Of a stretch of DNA of 64,000 nucleotides, positions 62,546 through 64,000 are shown piece by piece. This DNA comes from Mizuhopecten yessoensis. Lineage: Eukaryota. The first letter of the stretch is position 1. Each line of letters starts with the position of its first letter. The stretch spans positions 1,068,436 through 1,132,435 of the forward strand of contig NW_018407065.1 in assembly GCF_002113885.1 (NCBI RefSeq), in the 5' to 3' direction. A model generated the notes under the pieces. It saw nothing but the letters and a program-made list of their open reading frames with translations, did not search any database and was not told the origin of the DNA. The position numbers and the translations under genes are program-made.

Positions 62546-64000
62546 TGCCCTTGACTGCATTTTTACAACGCTGTCATTCACACTTTGTCATTTTATCTAC
62601 TAGCCTCGTCTGTCAATAACGTTTCACCTGTGATATATTAATAGGTATTGTGAACTCACTGGTCATAATTTGGGTCACGGTAGAGTCTAACCACCGGGTC
62701 TTGAGAATCTATAACATAATGCATGCTTGTGCCTATCCTGATGAGAAGGAAATAATCATTATATGCTGAAGGTTTTGTAAATTAACACTGGGTAAAATGT
62801 CACCGTGACCCTAAGTAGTGTTAGTATATATATACTCACTCTGTAGATACAATGAGGGATTCGACACTCAATAAGGACAGATTTTCTTTTTTTTTTTACT
62901 TCAAAAAAATAAATATATCTTTTAATCAAATATTGTTTATAATACTAATCGATATGCCCTAATTTTTAGCTCACAATTTCTTTTGTTACAATAAAATAAA
63001 ATAAAAAGTAAAGTATCCTTCGCCCCGGCCGCAGTGGTGAATGGAGAGTATAAAGCGGTCGTGGACATTAGGCTTACGAACATTGTGTGTGCTTGGAATT
63101 GATTTTGGTATTGGTAAAAAGAAAACATAAAAAGGAAGAATATATTCGTCCCTGCGGATTGTCGAACCCCATAGACGTAATTGAGTCCCATGCTCATGTA
63201 CTCCATGTTACAAATTCTTGCACCCTGCACAGGGTTGACCTGAACCACGGGCTAGTACCTTAAACATCTCGGGGATTTTTTTCTATAAGTGAAGACTTAA
63301 ATCATAGGGTTATTGTAAGCAACAACAAAAGTTTGGAATTAATAATGACCTGATCATGCGTGAACACGTGATAACTAATAACATTGACATAACCCATTGT
63401 CAGCTATACGGACAGGCGCATCTGAAAGTTTACATTATTAAGGATTTATTCCAATTCAATATGAAATATGCAACATTAGTTATAATCTGGTTGGCCACAG
63501 ACACTAACAATTACACCGTGTAACTGACTTACTTATTCGCGTAAAAACGTGGTTTGAGACCTAAGACAATTTTACGGAAGGATTATATATTAAACCCGAG
63601 AAAAAAGGAGTTCAGCCTACGTTAAGGGGCTGTCACATCTCTGTATACTTGATTGATAAGGAGTTATCTTTACCCTTCACAACCGTTACCTCTATCTCAA
63701 CAAGAGGGTCTAAACAAAGCTAAGGCAAGACACGGCTTGACTTCAGCTGTGGCTTTTGGTGCTTCTGGGCGTGTTCTGACTGTCTCAACCCTCGTTTAAT
63801 ACGCCCGACTTTGTAAGGTCTGCGTCTGAATTCTGGGCTGTTGTAGTCAACACGGAACGAAGAGAGTTGGCCCTGTGATAGATGTATGTGATTGATTTAA
63901 TGACCTTTCTGTAGAAACAAGACTTTCTGGTGATATGGAGCTATCATCACGCGAACTGCAGCTAGACAACGTAACAGAGCGAAGTTACTTGTTATAAAGT

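Noticed and set aside
59300-64000. Short ORFs downstream of the FMO
   Set aside because: AT-rich random-looking peptides with no domain signature or exon chain.

Overview
AT-rich, intron-containing eukaryotic DNA, most likely a bivalve mollusc such as an oyster (inferred from the HINE/Helentron-type repeats and the gene structure). Four spliced genes can be rebuilt exon by exon with consistent GT-AG phases. They form two head-to-head pairs: anamorsin/CIAPIN1 (-) with TPX2 (+), and PSMG2 (-) with a flavin-containing monooxygenase (+). TPX2 and PSMG2 converge tail to tail. Introns and intergenic DNA are full of minisatellites, HINE-type elements, MITEs, foldbacks and a tRNA-derived SINE. The most unusual signal is three unrelated tandem arrays (48, 72 and 38 bp units) whose unit is the end of a coding exon plus its 5' splice donor, giving about 7, 7 and 30 donor copies in a row. 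In TPX2 the unit is in frame and stop-free (16 aa per copy); in PSMG2, skipping the first donor meets an immediate stop. A diverged copy of the PSMG2/FMO promoter near 62.2-62.55 kb suggests a tandem FMO paralog beyond the window. All coordinates were read by eye; no database searches were run.
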